From positions 17,487,309 through 17,551,308 of the forward strand of contig NC_081387.1 of assembly GCF_030684315.1 (NCBI RefSeq): DNA of 64,000 nucleotides, given 5' to 3'. Below the pieces are notes generated by a model that saw only the letters and a list, made by a program, of their open reading frames with translations, was not told where the DNA came from and ran no database searches. Position 1 is the first letter of the stretch. The number at the start of each line of letters is the position of its first letter. The DNA is from Stegostoma tigrinum. Taxonomy: Eukaryota. Of this stretch, positions 14,600 through 27,030 are shown piece by piece. A program made the position numbers and the translations under genes.

Positions 14600-14805
14600 T
14601 AAAAGCAATGATCTGAAATAAACACAGAACAATTTGCATAAACTTAGCTAGCCTGGTAGCTTCTGCGAGGGAGAAACAGATTTAACATTTCAAGACCAGT
14701 CACTCTTCTTTGGAGCCATAGTGGACTTGAAATGTGAACTTTGTTTTTCTCTCCACACAAATGCTGCTAGACTTGTTAGTTTTGATAGCACTTTCTGTTT
14801 TTATT
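14600..14805. mobile_element. Decayed fold-back copy of the Penelope-derived short element
   Basis: Inverted degenerate arms 14600-14712 and 14720-14805. Confidence 0.55.
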
Positions 14806-16079
14806 CCTTTCGATGCTTCCTTTTTCCCCTGCTCCATTCTCAACCCTCTTGTACCTCCTCCATGGCAGACACCTTTGGTCTCTGCCTAAGGCATGGCCTA
14901 TAGCTCCCAGAAAAAGCCCTGGCCTCCAGCAAAAGGTACAGACCACCGCAAAAATCCTGCCCTCTGGCTAAAAGGCAGATCTGTCTCCTATTTTAATTGT
15001 CCCATAATTTACTTTCCTAAATGCTGGCTGCACCTCCAATCACAGAATGATTCTCCAACCTCATGACTGACTTCTTCCAAAAGATTTGGCAATTTCAGAG
15101 GTGAATTCATCTGCTGGCCCCATGAATTTTGAGCCCCGCCCAGCAGCCAACTCAGCCACTGATACCCAGCACCCAAAGCTTTCACTGCCAAAACAGCACC
15201 AAATCTTGCTGGGCATTAACAGGCAGGAACCAGACCCTACCAGCCATTTCAAATCCTGGTCCAAAATTGCTGGTTCAAAGATACAGAATTAGGTTGTACC
15301 ATTATACGAGCTTGCATGGTCTATCTGAAAATATAGGTCAGAGATCAAGCAGCCATGATTCTCTCAAAGCTGAACTTTTGCCGTCTTCACCATTTCTAGC
15401 ACATGCGACAGATGCCCAACCTGAGGGCCTTTTAACCGCAATCACACAGGTCACTGGAAGTCTACTTGATACCATTAGAAATCCTGCCAGATGCAAGGTG
15501 GTAACTGGCAAGGGGAGTCAGAATGAAAGAGGGCACCAGATGGAAAGTTAAGTATGCAGTCAGCAAGAGATCAATGTGAGAGAGGTAGCAACAGTCAATT
15601 ATCAGGCAGTATGTTTCCACATCATTCAGACTATAACAGATTTATAGAGGGCAGCAGTAACCTGGAATTGGCCTAGTGATGAAGCACTAAGCTGAAAGCT
15701 GGAACAGGTTTAGCAACAACACTTATGCACTGTACAATTCAAGTTCAGTTCTCAACACAGCTGTTGAGTTCCATAAAGGTATAATTTACAGTTCTGACCC
15801 AAAATCACACATCAAAAGGCACAATGATATAATAAAACCTGTCTCCTTTACAAATTAATCTTCTTCACCTGCACCTTCTTTATAGACTCTGGGTCAGAAA
15901 GCAACAAAATTTGTAACTTGCTCAGAGACAGAGGAACAAGAAGCTATAAATGCCAAATTCTTTTGTTTGTCATAAAACACTGCTGCAAGATGGCGGTTAA
16001 ACACAGTTTGACATCTGAGTTTCAGCACCAACAGTTTTATTAAATCCTGAACTGCCTTCTCCATATTGAACACTCCCAC

Positions 16080-16760
16080 TTTAGGTACAGCATGAAATTA
16101 GATAAAGAGTAAAGCTCACACTTCAAAGTCCCATCAAACAACTCCTAGGGCAAACAGCACCAATTAGCTACACATTAAAGTCCCTTCTGCTCTTTTAAAC
16201 TGAAAGTAAAGATCTCTCTGCTTTCTAAAATAAAAGCTCCCTCCACACTTTTGTATTAAAAGTAAACTGAAAGTAAAACATGAACGAAAACAAAGTCGCT
16301 GGAAAAGGTCAGCTGGTCCAGCAGCATCTCTGAAGGAAAAAACAGAGTTAACATTTAGGGTCTGGTGACCCTTCTTCAGAAGTGAAGTAAAGCACTCCTG
16401 CCACTGACCCCATCAAACACTCCCAGGACAGAGACAGCAAAGATCACGTAAAGTGTAAAGTTCCCTCTAGTTTTTTTCGACTGAAATTAAGGCTTCCTTG
16501 ACACTTTCCCCGTCAAGCACTCTCAGGATAGGTATAGCATGGGGTCAGATACAGACTACTGCTTCTACTCAAACTAAAAAGTAAAGCTGTCTCCATCTGT
16601 CCCATAAGTCACTGCCAGGGCAGGTACAGTACAGGTTTAGATACAGAGAAAAGCTCCCTGTACACCGTCCCATCAAACACTCCCAGGTTAGGTGTGGATT
16701 GATAAGGTACAGAGTACAGCTCCCAGGACAGGTGACATACTTTACAAGACAGAATTCAAA
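16080..16760 (+). repeat. Degenerate tandem repeat, unit about 68 bp
   Basis: Units CCCATCAAACACTCCCAGGACAGG...AGATACAGAGTAAAGCTCCC. Confidence 0.75.
16285..16381 (-). mobile_element. Penelope-derived short element, decayed hammerhead
   Basis: Minus strand CTGAAGAAGGGTCACCAGACCCTAAATGTTAAC. Confidence 0.65.
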
Positions 16761-18623
16761 AATTGTATACTTCTCACACACAAATAAGACTGCCCTGAGC
16801 AGACAAACTATTTTCTTAACCTTACATACCCTCTACAGAGTCACTCTGTGAAGTCTCTCACCCAATAGTCTTTCTGCACCACACAGACCAGGAAATATCC
16901 AATCTTCAGTTCAATTCAAGGTCCTTGCTGATCTCACAGGGAGAGAGGTTGTAAAATATGCTCTGTGCCCAAGGCGAAGAGGTGTGGAGGGAAAATAAAC
17001 AAAACACAGTAAAAGGCAAAGCTAAACTTCCTGCAACTTATTACTATCCAACATCTGACGAAGAGCCCAAACTTGTCTGAATACACCACGTGGTTAAACT
17101 GCCGGCTCACACCTGTCTGTCCTCATTTTCACACAGGTGTTAACCTGTGCGATTCAAATGCTGAGTTTAAAAGCAAAAATCTTTGGGCGGGGCAGCAGAA
17201 TCTGCCGCTACCTCCACTCCACCAGCCCTTCCCATTCCTTCCAGCCGGGTATTTGATTCTTAAGGTGAGGATAATAATATTTCGGCAGGACAAGTTCTTC
17301 TTTAACAACCAATGATTAATAAAAAGACAGGACACGAGGGTCACAGGGCAGTAAAAAACAACAGAAGAAGTGGGAATCATGAATGAAGGTAAAGGAAAGA
17401 AAGGATGAAAAGGCATCACAGGATAGTGGACGGATGAATGCACAAGGTCAGGTGTTGATCTTAGAGAGAATGGAAGAGGGGTATGAAGTAAAGGAAGGGG
17501 CAAAGGAATAGGAAAGACAAAAACTGAATGCAAGGGAAAAAAAAAGTGGCAAAATCAGAAGTGATAGAGCAGATGAAATAAAAATAACATGCTGACTAAA
17601 GTCAAAGGGGCTGTATGTATCTTTAAACTCAAAATTCCTTGAGCAGAGTTTCTGGGCTGGGGGCTATTCCTCTCTTTCTCCCCCATGATGCTTTGTCTCT
17701 TTTCCTGTCTGTACCCATTCTTCCATACATCTTCAGAGGAATTGCTTGTGTGACCTTCATGCAACTGCCTCCTACCATTTTGCTGTTGGCCAGTGGGAGT
17801 CCCGCTTGCTTTTCTTTTCCAGTTATTTTTCACCTCTGTCCATTCCCCTGACTCCTTCGTTGACTAATACTCTTTTGATTCTGGCTTCTTGGGTGGATGT
17901 TGACTTGGTTGTTTCTTTACTCTACAGGGCCTCTTTCTCTCCTTGTCAGCCTTTTCTTCCTTCTGGGCGATGTTCATGTCAATGCATGTGCTGACACCTT
18001 ACTGTCCAGTTAGGGCTCGTGTTACCACATCTGACCATTGAACAGATGTGGCTTTCATCTTGGGCAAGCCTGCTTCCCTACAGAAATCGCAGCTCCTGGA
18101 GTCTTTACAGTCATTGATCAGGTGCCCCTCCTTCTTACTGTTCTTGTAGAGGATCACTTGCAGTCCGTTGAATCATGCACTGAACCCCCATACATTCGGC
18201 TTACTCTAGGCTGTCCTGCGTATGTCTAGTAACCTCCGCTTGGGAAGCTAAGTGGTGGTTGGAGGAAGTTACTGCAGGCGTCCACATTTAGGGTCACCTT
18301 GACTTGCCACTTGCTCATCCAGATCTCAAATGGGTCCATTTCATCAGTGCTGCCTCTGTCCAACTAGACATATATTCTCAGTAAGTTCAGGACATCTGCT
18401 GCAGAATGTGGGGAGTTATACATGGGATAGTAACCAGCCAGCTCCTCTATGCATGAAGGACAAACAATAGTGCTGGAGACAGGACAGAGAGTGCACCCTC
18501 ACGTCCCACCTTTTCAATGCCTTCAAGAGACACTCACATTGCTTCACTCACTGGAAGGTCACATCAAACCTACCACTACCAATCCACCACAGGGAAAGTC
18601 CTGCAGGCAGTAAATATCTGCTT

Positions 18624-18761
18624 TTTTATTTCAAAAATGTATTTTATTCAGAAAAAAAGTCTTTATGTATGTACATAACGATTAAAGCAGTTCAGTTCTA
18701 AACAGTAGCACAATGTTGAAGAAACAAATACTGGAATTTGACTCTATCCAGTCAACAAACC
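18624..18761 (-). mobile_element. 5'-truncated Tx1-family 3' tail inserted in ORF1 of the 17640-19190 element
   Basis: Resembles 54344-54480. Flanked by TSD ATATCTGCT (18615-18623 and 18762-18770). Confidence 0.65.
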
Positions 18762-18799
18762 ATATCTGCTATTTGGAACCCACAGCACAGCAATCTAGA

Positions 18800-18900
18800 A
18801 CAAAAACAGAAGGTGCTGGTAAAGCTCAGCAGGTCTGGCAGCATCTGTGAAGAAAAAAAAATCAAGTTAAAGTTTTGGGCTCAGTGACCCCTCCTCAGAT
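18800..18900 (-). mobile_element. Penelope-derived short element inserted in Keno-like ORF1
   Basis: Family body GCTCAGCAGGTCTGGCAGCATCTGTG with a decayed hammerhead end. Confidence 0.65.
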
Positions 18901-19159
18901 CTCGGACAATCTTCTTCACAAAGAAGCGTTGATCGATTGGCATAATTTCTTTAACCTTCTTTACAGTCTCCCCGACTGTGTTCTAGAGATCCTGGCCTGG
19001 GGTGCAGGGATTCCAGAGGTCAGAGCTCTGAACTGGCATTAGGCCGAAGCCAGCATAAAGATCCACCAATAACAGATCAGCTCAACTGACGATCCTCCAA
19101 CATCTACTAACCATTTAGAGATGGTCTTGAAATCCTGTCATGACTCACAACTCAGGACT

Positions 19160-19190
19160 TACACTTGATCTTAGCCAAAAGGCTGAGAAG
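19160..19190 (-). pseudogene. U2 snRNA 5' fragment (nt 5-35) fused to a retrotransposon
   Basis: Minus strand CTTCTCAGCCTTTTGGCTAAGATCAAGTGTA is 30/31 identical to vertebrate U2 nt 5-35. Confidence 0.88.
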
Positions 19191-19199
19191 TTTCCGGTC

Positions 19200-19815
19200 A
19201 ATGTTAAATCCCAAGGATATTGCGAGTGGAGGAATTCAGTGATTCCACTGAATGTCAAGATGCGTTGCTTAAATTCTCTCTTTTTGGATATGATAATTAA
19301 CTACCACTTATCAGTCCAAGCCTGCATGCTGTCCATGTCTTGCTACATTAGTACTACTTCAGCATCTATGCTAAATGTTGTACAAACATCAGTGAATGTC
19401 TCCACGTCTTACCTTATGATCTTAAGAAGGTCATTTATTAAGCAACTGAAGATGATTGGGCTTTGGACACTCTCCTAAGGAATTCCTACAATGATATCCC
19501 AGAGCTGAAATGACTGACACCCCACGCCCCCACGCAACCCAACATCCACAGGTGTCTTCCTTTGTGTTTGGTATCTAATGGTGAGTTTTCCATTGATTCT
19601 CATCATGTTTTGGTTTTTGTTCAAGGTCCTTGATGTCGCACTCAGTCAAATACATCCTTGATGTCAAAGGTACTTGATCTTATCTCCCCTCCCTCTTTCT
19701 TTTAAAATCTGTATTCAGACCAAAGCTACAACGACGTCAGGAGCTGATTGTCTCTGGCTGAAGTCAAACTGAGCTTTGGTGAGTGTTTTATCTCTACATA
19801 AGTGCTGCACGATAG
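19200..19815 (-). mobile_element. Old fragment of the second LINE family
   Basis: Minus-strand CCTTTGACATCAAG matches the DIK motif region at 31205. Confidence 0.55.
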
Positions 19816-19819
19816 CACT

Positions 19820-20100
19820 AGATCACAGCAGGTCAGGCAGCATCCATGGACAGAGAGCTAGCTAATGATTTCGACTTGGATGATTCTTCATCAGAGCTGA
19901 TGTGGAGGGGACGGCATTTGTTTGGGGGAGGGGTGGTTGTGGAGTGTAGAGTGCTGGGGGAGAAAGGATGTTGATAGTTCAGATTAAGTGATCAGAATAT
20001 TCGGAATGCTCTCTCTCCATGGATGCTGCCCGACCCAATGTCATCTACAGTATTTGTTGTTTTCAGTACAGATTCTAGCATCTGCAGTAATTTGCTCCTA
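19820..20100. mobile_element. Penelope-derived fold-back element, decayed hammerhead
   Basis: Minus-strand AGCT-CTGATGA...GAAA...AGCT. Inverted arm CTCTCTCCATGGATGCTGCC at about 20010. Confidence 0.6.
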
Positions 20101-20740
20101 CCTTCAATTACTTTGCCGATGATCAAGAATAGACGGTTACACCAGTCACTGGTTGGATTAGAATTCACCAACTTGTTGTCGTCAGGATGTACCGAAGCAA
20201 ATTTCTATATTGCCACTGGATGCCAGTGTTGTCGCTGTACAGGGACAGCTCTGCTCGGGAAATCAATTTGTTAATTGATTGAAATTAAATGTTTCTCAGC
20301 TACCATGGTGGAATTTGAACTAATCCCTCGAAAGCAGACCTCCAGGTTTCCAATTGAGTAACGTTATACTGCTCTAACTTCCTTGTTGCACTTAAATCAT
20401 GAGGATCATTACCTTTTCTGGCCTGTGGGAGAAGAACAGTGTCTGCTCCATTCCTCCAATTATACTGACCTCATGCTGCCAGTCAATAACAGGAGTCTGA
20501 CAGTGAGTGTGACATATTAATGTTTGAACACTGCTGGGGAAGTGATTCACCAGCAAGTTATTAAGTGTCATGTCATCTGAGCATTCTAAAATAGGGGCTG
20601 GATAGAATCTTCACATGGTTTTGTGTCAAAAATGAATAATGAGCAGCTAACTGTTACAGAGAGACCAGAGGGAATCTTTCCACTGTGTTTATAATGTCAC
20701 TGACACAGAGAGAGAGAGAGAGAGAGAGACAGAGAATTAT

Positions 20741-21068
20741 CACTGGAATGTTAATCCAGAAGCCCAGGTAATGTTCTGGGTACCTGGGTTCAAATCCCAC
20801 CATGGCAGATGAAAGAACTTGAATTCAATAAATACCTGGAATTAAGATTCTAATGATGACCATGGATTCAATGCCAAATGTTGGCGGGGGGGGGGCACAT
20901 TTGGTTCACTGATGTCATTTAGGGAAGGAAAATGCCATCCTTACTGCTCTGGACAATATGTGACTCCAGACCCATTGCAATGTAGTTGACTCATAACTGC
21001 CCTCCGGGTATGAGTAATAAGTGCAGGCCTGGCCAGTGATACCATCATCCCGTGAATAAACAAAAAAA
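20741..21068 (+). mobile_element. tRNA-derived SINE with second-LINE-family tail
   Basis: B-box GGTTCAAATCCC and tail GGCCAGTGAT...ATCCCGTGAATAAA. Related copies at 10890-11125, 21250-21650, 39200-39520 and 52140-52660. Confidence 0.7.
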
Positions 21069-22149
21069 CTGACAGTGAGAACCACAGGGAATCTGTGGTG
21101 TTTATAATGGTCACTGACACAAACACACACACACACAGTGAGGGAAAACTCACTGTTTCCACTCTCTCCGTAATACAGACCAGGAGAAACTTTACCAATG
21201 TGTTATTAACGGACATTGACTGGGCCAAGTTCTTCTGCATTATGGTTATGGACTTTTGGACTAGTAACTCAAAGACTCAGGCAAATTATCTGAAGACATA
21301 AATTCAAATCCCACAGTGGCAACTGGAGAAATTAAATTCATTTAAAAGAAAATTTGCAATATAAAGCTAGCATCAGCAATATGAGCACAAACCCCGGATT
21401 TTTGTAAAATCCCTATTTGGTTCACTCATGCCTTGCAGGTTGCAGGAGAAACAATCTGCTTTGCATAACTGGTGAGTGCTTCAGGTGACTCCAGACTCAC
21501 TGCAATTTAGTTTTGATTGAGAACTATTCTAACAATATAGCAGGCTACTCTGTTGTCTTGAAGAGGGTGGCCCACCATCACCTATGTAAGATTATTTTGG
21601 AAAGGCAATAAAGTGCTGGCCTTGACAGAGATGTCCATGAATGAATGACAGAAAATCTGCAAAACTGAACATTCTACTGAAAGATATTTACGTAACGTTG
21701 GAGCTTAGCTTAAATAATAAAAGTGGTTTACAATCACGAATCAAATTGTTTCCTAGCAACTGTGTAAAAATCAGCTGATCTTCATCTGCAAAAGGCAAGC
21801 AGGGGCAGTCGATGTTTATGTTTCTGGGACAGGAGGTCATCCTAGTTTAAGCAGAATCATACACACACATACACACACGCGCTTTCCATTTACTACAGAT
21901 CAGACATCTTGCAGAAAGGAGTGTGGTAGTGGAGTGGATACCCTCAGATTTGATGTAATTTGCAGTTCTAAATATTAAAATATCTTTGGTTAAACCACAG
22001 TTCAGAGCAAAAACACCACTTTGCACCACCACAAACTCTGAAACACTCCATCCAAATTGCATCTCCCTTCGACCGTTTTCTGATTTTACGTCAGGTAACT
22101 TCCTATGTCAGCTAAGTAATCCAGAATGTAGACTTGGATAAAAGTGTGC

Positions 22150-23075
22150 AAAAATGGGGAATAAGTCATGGAGATCGAGAGGAAAGGGGTTTATGGGAGG
22201 CAAGTGGGTGAAATACAGAAACGGGGAAGAGAAACATGGAAATATTGACCATAGGAATGTTTGGCCCTTTGATCCAACTCCGCCATTGATGCAGGCCAAC
22301 ATGAGTGAGAGAAAGAAGAAAGGAGTTGCAAGGTGAGAGGAAGAGAGAGAAAGAAGTGAACATGAAGAAGTGGAGAGCGTGAAGGGGGAAGAAGATAAGT
22401 GGAGTGTAAAACGAGAATGAAATCGGCACAGAAATCAAAGAATAGCAGAGGCAAAAGGCCAAGGAATAAGAGCTACCAGGCCAGAGTGAACAGGGGGAGG
22501 AAGGGAGAAAGGAGAGGATGGACTGATGGGGCAGAAGGGTTGAACAGGGCATAAATGGGGAAAGGGTGCACAGAGGGTGGAGACAAAAAGTGACAAGAGG
22601 GCGGAAAGGGGACAGAGAAAGGCAATGGAGATGGGTGGAACAATGGGGACCAAGAGACTTAAGGAGCACAGAGCGTGAAGGTAGCAAACAGAGCTCAGAA
22701 GGACCGTGGGGGGGGGGGGGGGTGGAGCAGCGAGGATATAGTGGGACAGAAAATTGATGGGAAAGGGGCAAATGGAGTACAGGGAGGAAGGAGATGCAGA
22801 AGGAGGAACAGGTAGGCACAGGGAAGCTGGAAGGAGAGGAGCCATGGTGATGGAGAAGGGCAAGGAAAGAACAGCAGTGGAACAAGGAGGAGAGATCGAG
22901 GAAGGCATGGGGGAAGACTGAAAAGGCAAGGAGACATGACAGTCTGGAGAAAGAAAAAGAGAAGCACCTTGAGAGGTGGACAGTGGCAAGAGTGAGGGAA
23001 GGAGGTCAGAAGATGGTGGGGGCAAACAGTGAGAAAAAGGAGCACAGACAGACAAAGTGGATAGTGAGGGGGACA
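22150..23075. repeat. Purine-rich low-complexity tract (similar tracts at 200-690, 17330-17560, 62930-63340)
   Basis: Strong A/G bias on the plus strand, which produces spurious L/S/P/F-rich ORFs. Confidence 0.85.
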
Positions 23076-23882
23076 TCAGTCTAGTAGGAATAAAACAGAG
23101 TCATATTGGACTCAAACATTAACTCAATTTCTCTCTCCAGGTGCTGCCAGATTTGCTAAGTTTGTCCAGTAGGTCTGGTTCTATTTTACATCTCTAGTAT
23201 GTGCAATATGTGGTTTCGTTTCACTGATAATACATGAATTAGACACTCTCCAAGACATTCATCAATTCAATTTCTTAGATGTAGAGTCAATTGGCAAACA
23301 GTTGGTTTTGCCAAAATATTTTTAAACTGCTCAAGCTGCCCTCTATCCAACACCTTAATATATATGAAAAGCAGGATTAAAGAAGATGTGTACCGTATTG
23401 GCGGGGGGGGGGGGGGGGTGTTGTTGCTTACTGGTCTTGCTAAGTCACTGTAAGTTCAGGGAAATAATACAGCAATCTGTTCGCCAAATGCTTCAGCAAT
23501 GACTCTATGAACCGCGAGATCGCAGTGCAAATCACAAAAGTACCACTGGAGCCAAAATGTTTCCAAACCCCCTGCCAACTTCAGCTGCAACTTGATGAGA
23601 AAGGAGAGGAACCATAAATGAAACCCTCCAAAAATAAATTGAAGAGTGGTAACTGTAATAAAGAAGAGAGATCTTTACCCTCGGATACATGCGAACAAAA
23701 GCTCAAATCCATGTCCTCTTAGCTTTGCAAATATATCAGAGACCGATCTGACAGTTAGCTCGAAACGGGTGGGGGTGGGTGGAGAGGTGTTTTCAAACAG
23801 GCAGACAATACCATAAGAAGGCTCAACAACGAGTGCTGTTAAAATGCTGTGAATGTGTTTGCAAGTGATCACAGGCACTTAC

Positions 23883-24150
23883 CTCACACTGCTGGATGAC
23901 TGAAAAAGGTTTTTTTTGTTTTGCAAATCCCGATCTACATACAATCGCAACGCAAAGATGCCACAGCCGTTCAGTATTCCAGGAGACGAGATTTTAGGAT
24001 CATTCCATTTGGCCTTGCATTTTTAATCCATTCTCTCTCATCCCCCCCTCCCTCCCACCCACCCTATGCTCCCTGTCACTTTGCTAACTGGCAGCTTACA
24101 TTGTAGCTCTGCACTGCTGCTTCGCTGCAAACTCTCCGGTTAAGCCTGCC
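23883..24150 (-). other. Candidate alternative non-coding first exon (SynGAP-C-like position)
   Basis: Perfect donor GAG|GTAAGT at 23883/23882. Non-repeat sequence just downstream of a promoter-like cluster. Only short uORFs (e.g. ATG CAA GGC CAA ATG GAA TGA). The 5' end is estimated. Confidence 0.55.
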
Positions 24151-24340
24151 TCTTCGCGGTCGGCGTCAATCACCACGCCCTAGCTAACTCTACACCAGTA
24201 GACACAGAGCTCACCCAACTGGTTCGGCCCATTGGAGGCTGCTCCAGCTTTGATTGACAGCCCGCCTTGCCTAGTCTCGGTCAACATACCAAAGGGCCCG
24301 GCCCGGCTTCCGCGACTGCTCATCTTAAAGGGACAGCTTT
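24150..24340 (-). promoter_or_regulatory. CpG-rich promoter-like region
   Basis: PBX/PKNOX decamer TGATTGACAG 24251-24260, second TGATTGACG (minus) 24164-24172, CCAAT (minus) 24231-24235, KLF/SP box CCACGCCC 24173-24180. Local CpG enrichment. Confidence 0.6.
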
Positions 24341-24382
24341 TACTACCTACAACCACCGTCCACCAAAATCACCTCAACAAAA

Positions 24383-24660
24383 TTAAATTAGATTAGATTC
24401 TCTACAGTGTGGGAGCAGGCCATTCGGCCCAACAAGTCCATACCGCCCCTTGGAGCATCCCACCCAGACCCATCCCCCTACAACCCACACACCCCTGAAC
24501 ACTACGGGCAATTTAGCACGGCCAATCCACCTAGCCTGCACATCTTTGGACTGTGGGAGGTAACCCGAGCACCCGGAGGAAACCCACGCAGACACAGGGA
24601 GAATGTGCAAACTCCGCGCAGACGCTGGCATCGAACCTGGGTTCCCTGGTGCTGTGCGGA
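24383..24660 (-). mobile_element. HE1-type V-SINE
   Basis: Same consensus in reverse, (ATTAG)n tail. Confidence 0.85.
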
Positions 24661-24899
24661 TATTGAAATCAGAAGCTTTCGGAGTTTTGTCAGATATTTG
24701 TCAGGGTAGATTATAACCTGGTGTCGTGTGACTTCTGACTTTGTACTCAGACAACAGTGACTAGGTACAGAACACTCCTTTAGTACTCGGGGGCAGAGTG
24801 AGTGGGTACAGGCTTCAGTACTGGGCACGGTAGTGAGAGCTGGAGCAGGCGGCGAGAGCGGGAGCACATAGTCCGAGGCGGCAGTGAGGGCAAGCATGG

Positions 24900-25135
24900 C
24901 CAGGCGCTTACGGACTGTGATGTTAAACTATTAATTGTGTTTCATTGTTTTTCTATGCTTTAGTAAGAAGGACTGTAATGAGAAATCTGATTTCTTTACC
25001 TGCTTTATTTATTTTTTTCTGCTTTGTACTAGGATTCTGCGCCTGAGGTACATTTGTGCCTGAGCAGCTTGTAAACTTTTCACTGTACTCATGCGAGTGA
25101 ATACATGTGACAATAAAAGCTAATTCATTCATTCA
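24900..25135 (+). mobile_element. Non-LTR 3' end (Rex1/Babar-like)
   Basis: TTTCACTGTAC...ATGTGACAATAAA plus (ATTC)n. Reverse copy at about 45700-45745. Confidence 0.5.
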
Positions 25136-25659
25136 GAGGGCACAGTGACTGGGTACAAAAATATACCTTCAGCACTCCAAGAGCACAGTGACACATGTAC
25201 ATTCACTGTACTGCAATATGTAATGAGGTGATCTGCGTGAAAGCTTGTTAACCACATGATGTTACACTGACCCCTGAGCTTGTGATTAATTAATTCAGCC
25301 AATAGCTGTAGGTCAACCTGTCCTTTCAACTCAGATCGCTTTCATTTGTCGTTCCAACCAGTCATGCATTAGTGGCCACATTATGTAATTAACAATCTGT
25401 AAACTATCGTCCTCGAATAAAACCATGGGTATTGGAAATATGATTCGGTACGTGGGAAATCATTGAGAAGTACCACAATCGCCATTCTCCTTTAAGAGGC
25501 AGTGCAGAGGCAATTTACTTTGGTCCTATTTTCAAATGCCGGAATTCACTTTTGAGCTATGTTCTCACGCACCATAAAGTCATATACAAACTGTCTAATA
25601 ACAGCTCCAACATGGCTTAAAGTATAATGCGCTACAATGTTCAATTTCAAGAAAGGAAG

Positions 25660-27030
25660 AAACAGAAAATTGGATGCGGTAGGTTATTTCGTGTCATTGG
25701 GAAAGTGCTAGAATTCAATATTTGAGGAGGTAATAGCTGTGAATAGAAAACCATAAAATAACTAAGGAGAGCCAATACGGTTTTGTGAAAGGGAAAGGGA
25801 AATTATGTTTGCCAAAATTCTAAGGGTTCTTTCCGGCTGCAAAACGCAGGTTAGATAAATGGGACCCAATAGTTGTTACAGGTACTTGGAACAGCAAAAA
25901 GCATTCGCTGTTAAAAAAAACGTTAGTGTGCAACTCAAGAGCTGGTGGTGTTGGAGTTAAATAATAGTATGGAAATAATAGTTTGGCTAACTAACAGGAA
26001 ACAGAGTCATAGTAAATGCGTCATTTTCACCTTGCAACTTGTAACAAGTTGGATGCCACAGTTAGCAACGCAGAAGTCTCAGCTTTTTACAATCTTATTA
26101 TTAATACATTGGATGAATGGGCCAACAATATTGTCAAATTTCCAAACGACACAAAGATAGATTGGAAAATGACTTGTGAGGAAGAGACAAAGAATTTGTA
26201 AGATGATCTAAATATTTGTTACACAAACTATTATGTTTGTATATTCATATAATATTCATTTTCATTGAAAAAGAATATGGAGAATTACTTCAATGGAAGG
26301 AGACTGTGGAATGCTTTGGTAGAGAGAGGCCGGAGTGTCCCTGTACATGAATCTTGCAGGTACAACAAGCGATTAGGAAAGCAAGTGGGATGTTAGCCTT
26401 TATAGCAAGGAGGATGGAGTATAAAAGTAAAAGGTTGCTACAACTGTACAGTGCTTTAGTGAGACTGCACCCAAAGTGTTGTATACATTTTATGATCTCA
26501 TTACTTAAGGAGGGATGTATTTGCATTAGAAGAGTTCAGAGAACATTCACTAGGCTGATACCTGGGATTGAGGGTTCATGGAAAAGTTGAGCAGGATGAA
26601 TCTATGTTGGTATTTAAAAGAATGAGAAGTGATCTTATTGAAATGTAAAGAAAATGCCCTAATAGGCTTGACAGGGTATATGCTGAGAGGGAAATTTAGA
26701 TCTGGGAAGCTCAGTTTATTAATATGGAGTTTCCAACATAAAATGGAGACGAGGATTATTTTCTTACAGAGGGAATTCTTCGGAATACTCTTTGGAATTC
26801 TCTTTCACAGAAAGCAGTGTAGACTGTGGGGCAATGAATGCAGTCTGAGTTAGACAGATTTTTGACCAGCAAAGGAGTCAAGGATTATTGTGGGGGGAGC
26901 ACAAAGGGGACTGTTGTGAGGGGAGACTGGTAGGACTGTGGCATGAAGATCACCTGTGATGTGACTGAATGGCGGAATAAGCCTAACGTGCTGAACGGCT
27001 TACTCCTGCTCCTACTTTCTATGATCTGAT
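25660..27030 (+). mobile_element. Older CR1 LINE 3' half
   Basis: KFPNDTK, LQLYSALVR and RVQRTFTRLIPG motifs. Confidence 0.85.

Larger units (their letters stand above)
17640..19190 (-). mobile_element. 5' portion (ORF1 and U2 head) of a second Keno/Tx1-like element
   Basis: Colinear similarity to 58200-58850 and 60940-61240 (e.g. GGGTCACCTTGAC, CACATTGCTTCA, TTCACAAAGAAG). U2 fragment at 19160-19190. Confidence 0.75.

Noticed and set aside
15129-15551. 140-aa plus-strand ORF
   Set aside because: Non-ATG start and no recognisable homology.
19160-19190. Functional U2 snRNA gene
   Set aside because: Only nt 5-35 are present. No Sm site or 3' domain.
22166-23076. Long overlapping minus-strand ORFs (239 and 213 aa), and likewise 164-625 and 63029-63547
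   Set aside because: Artefacts of purine-rich low complexity (stop-poor complement). No domain or splice support.
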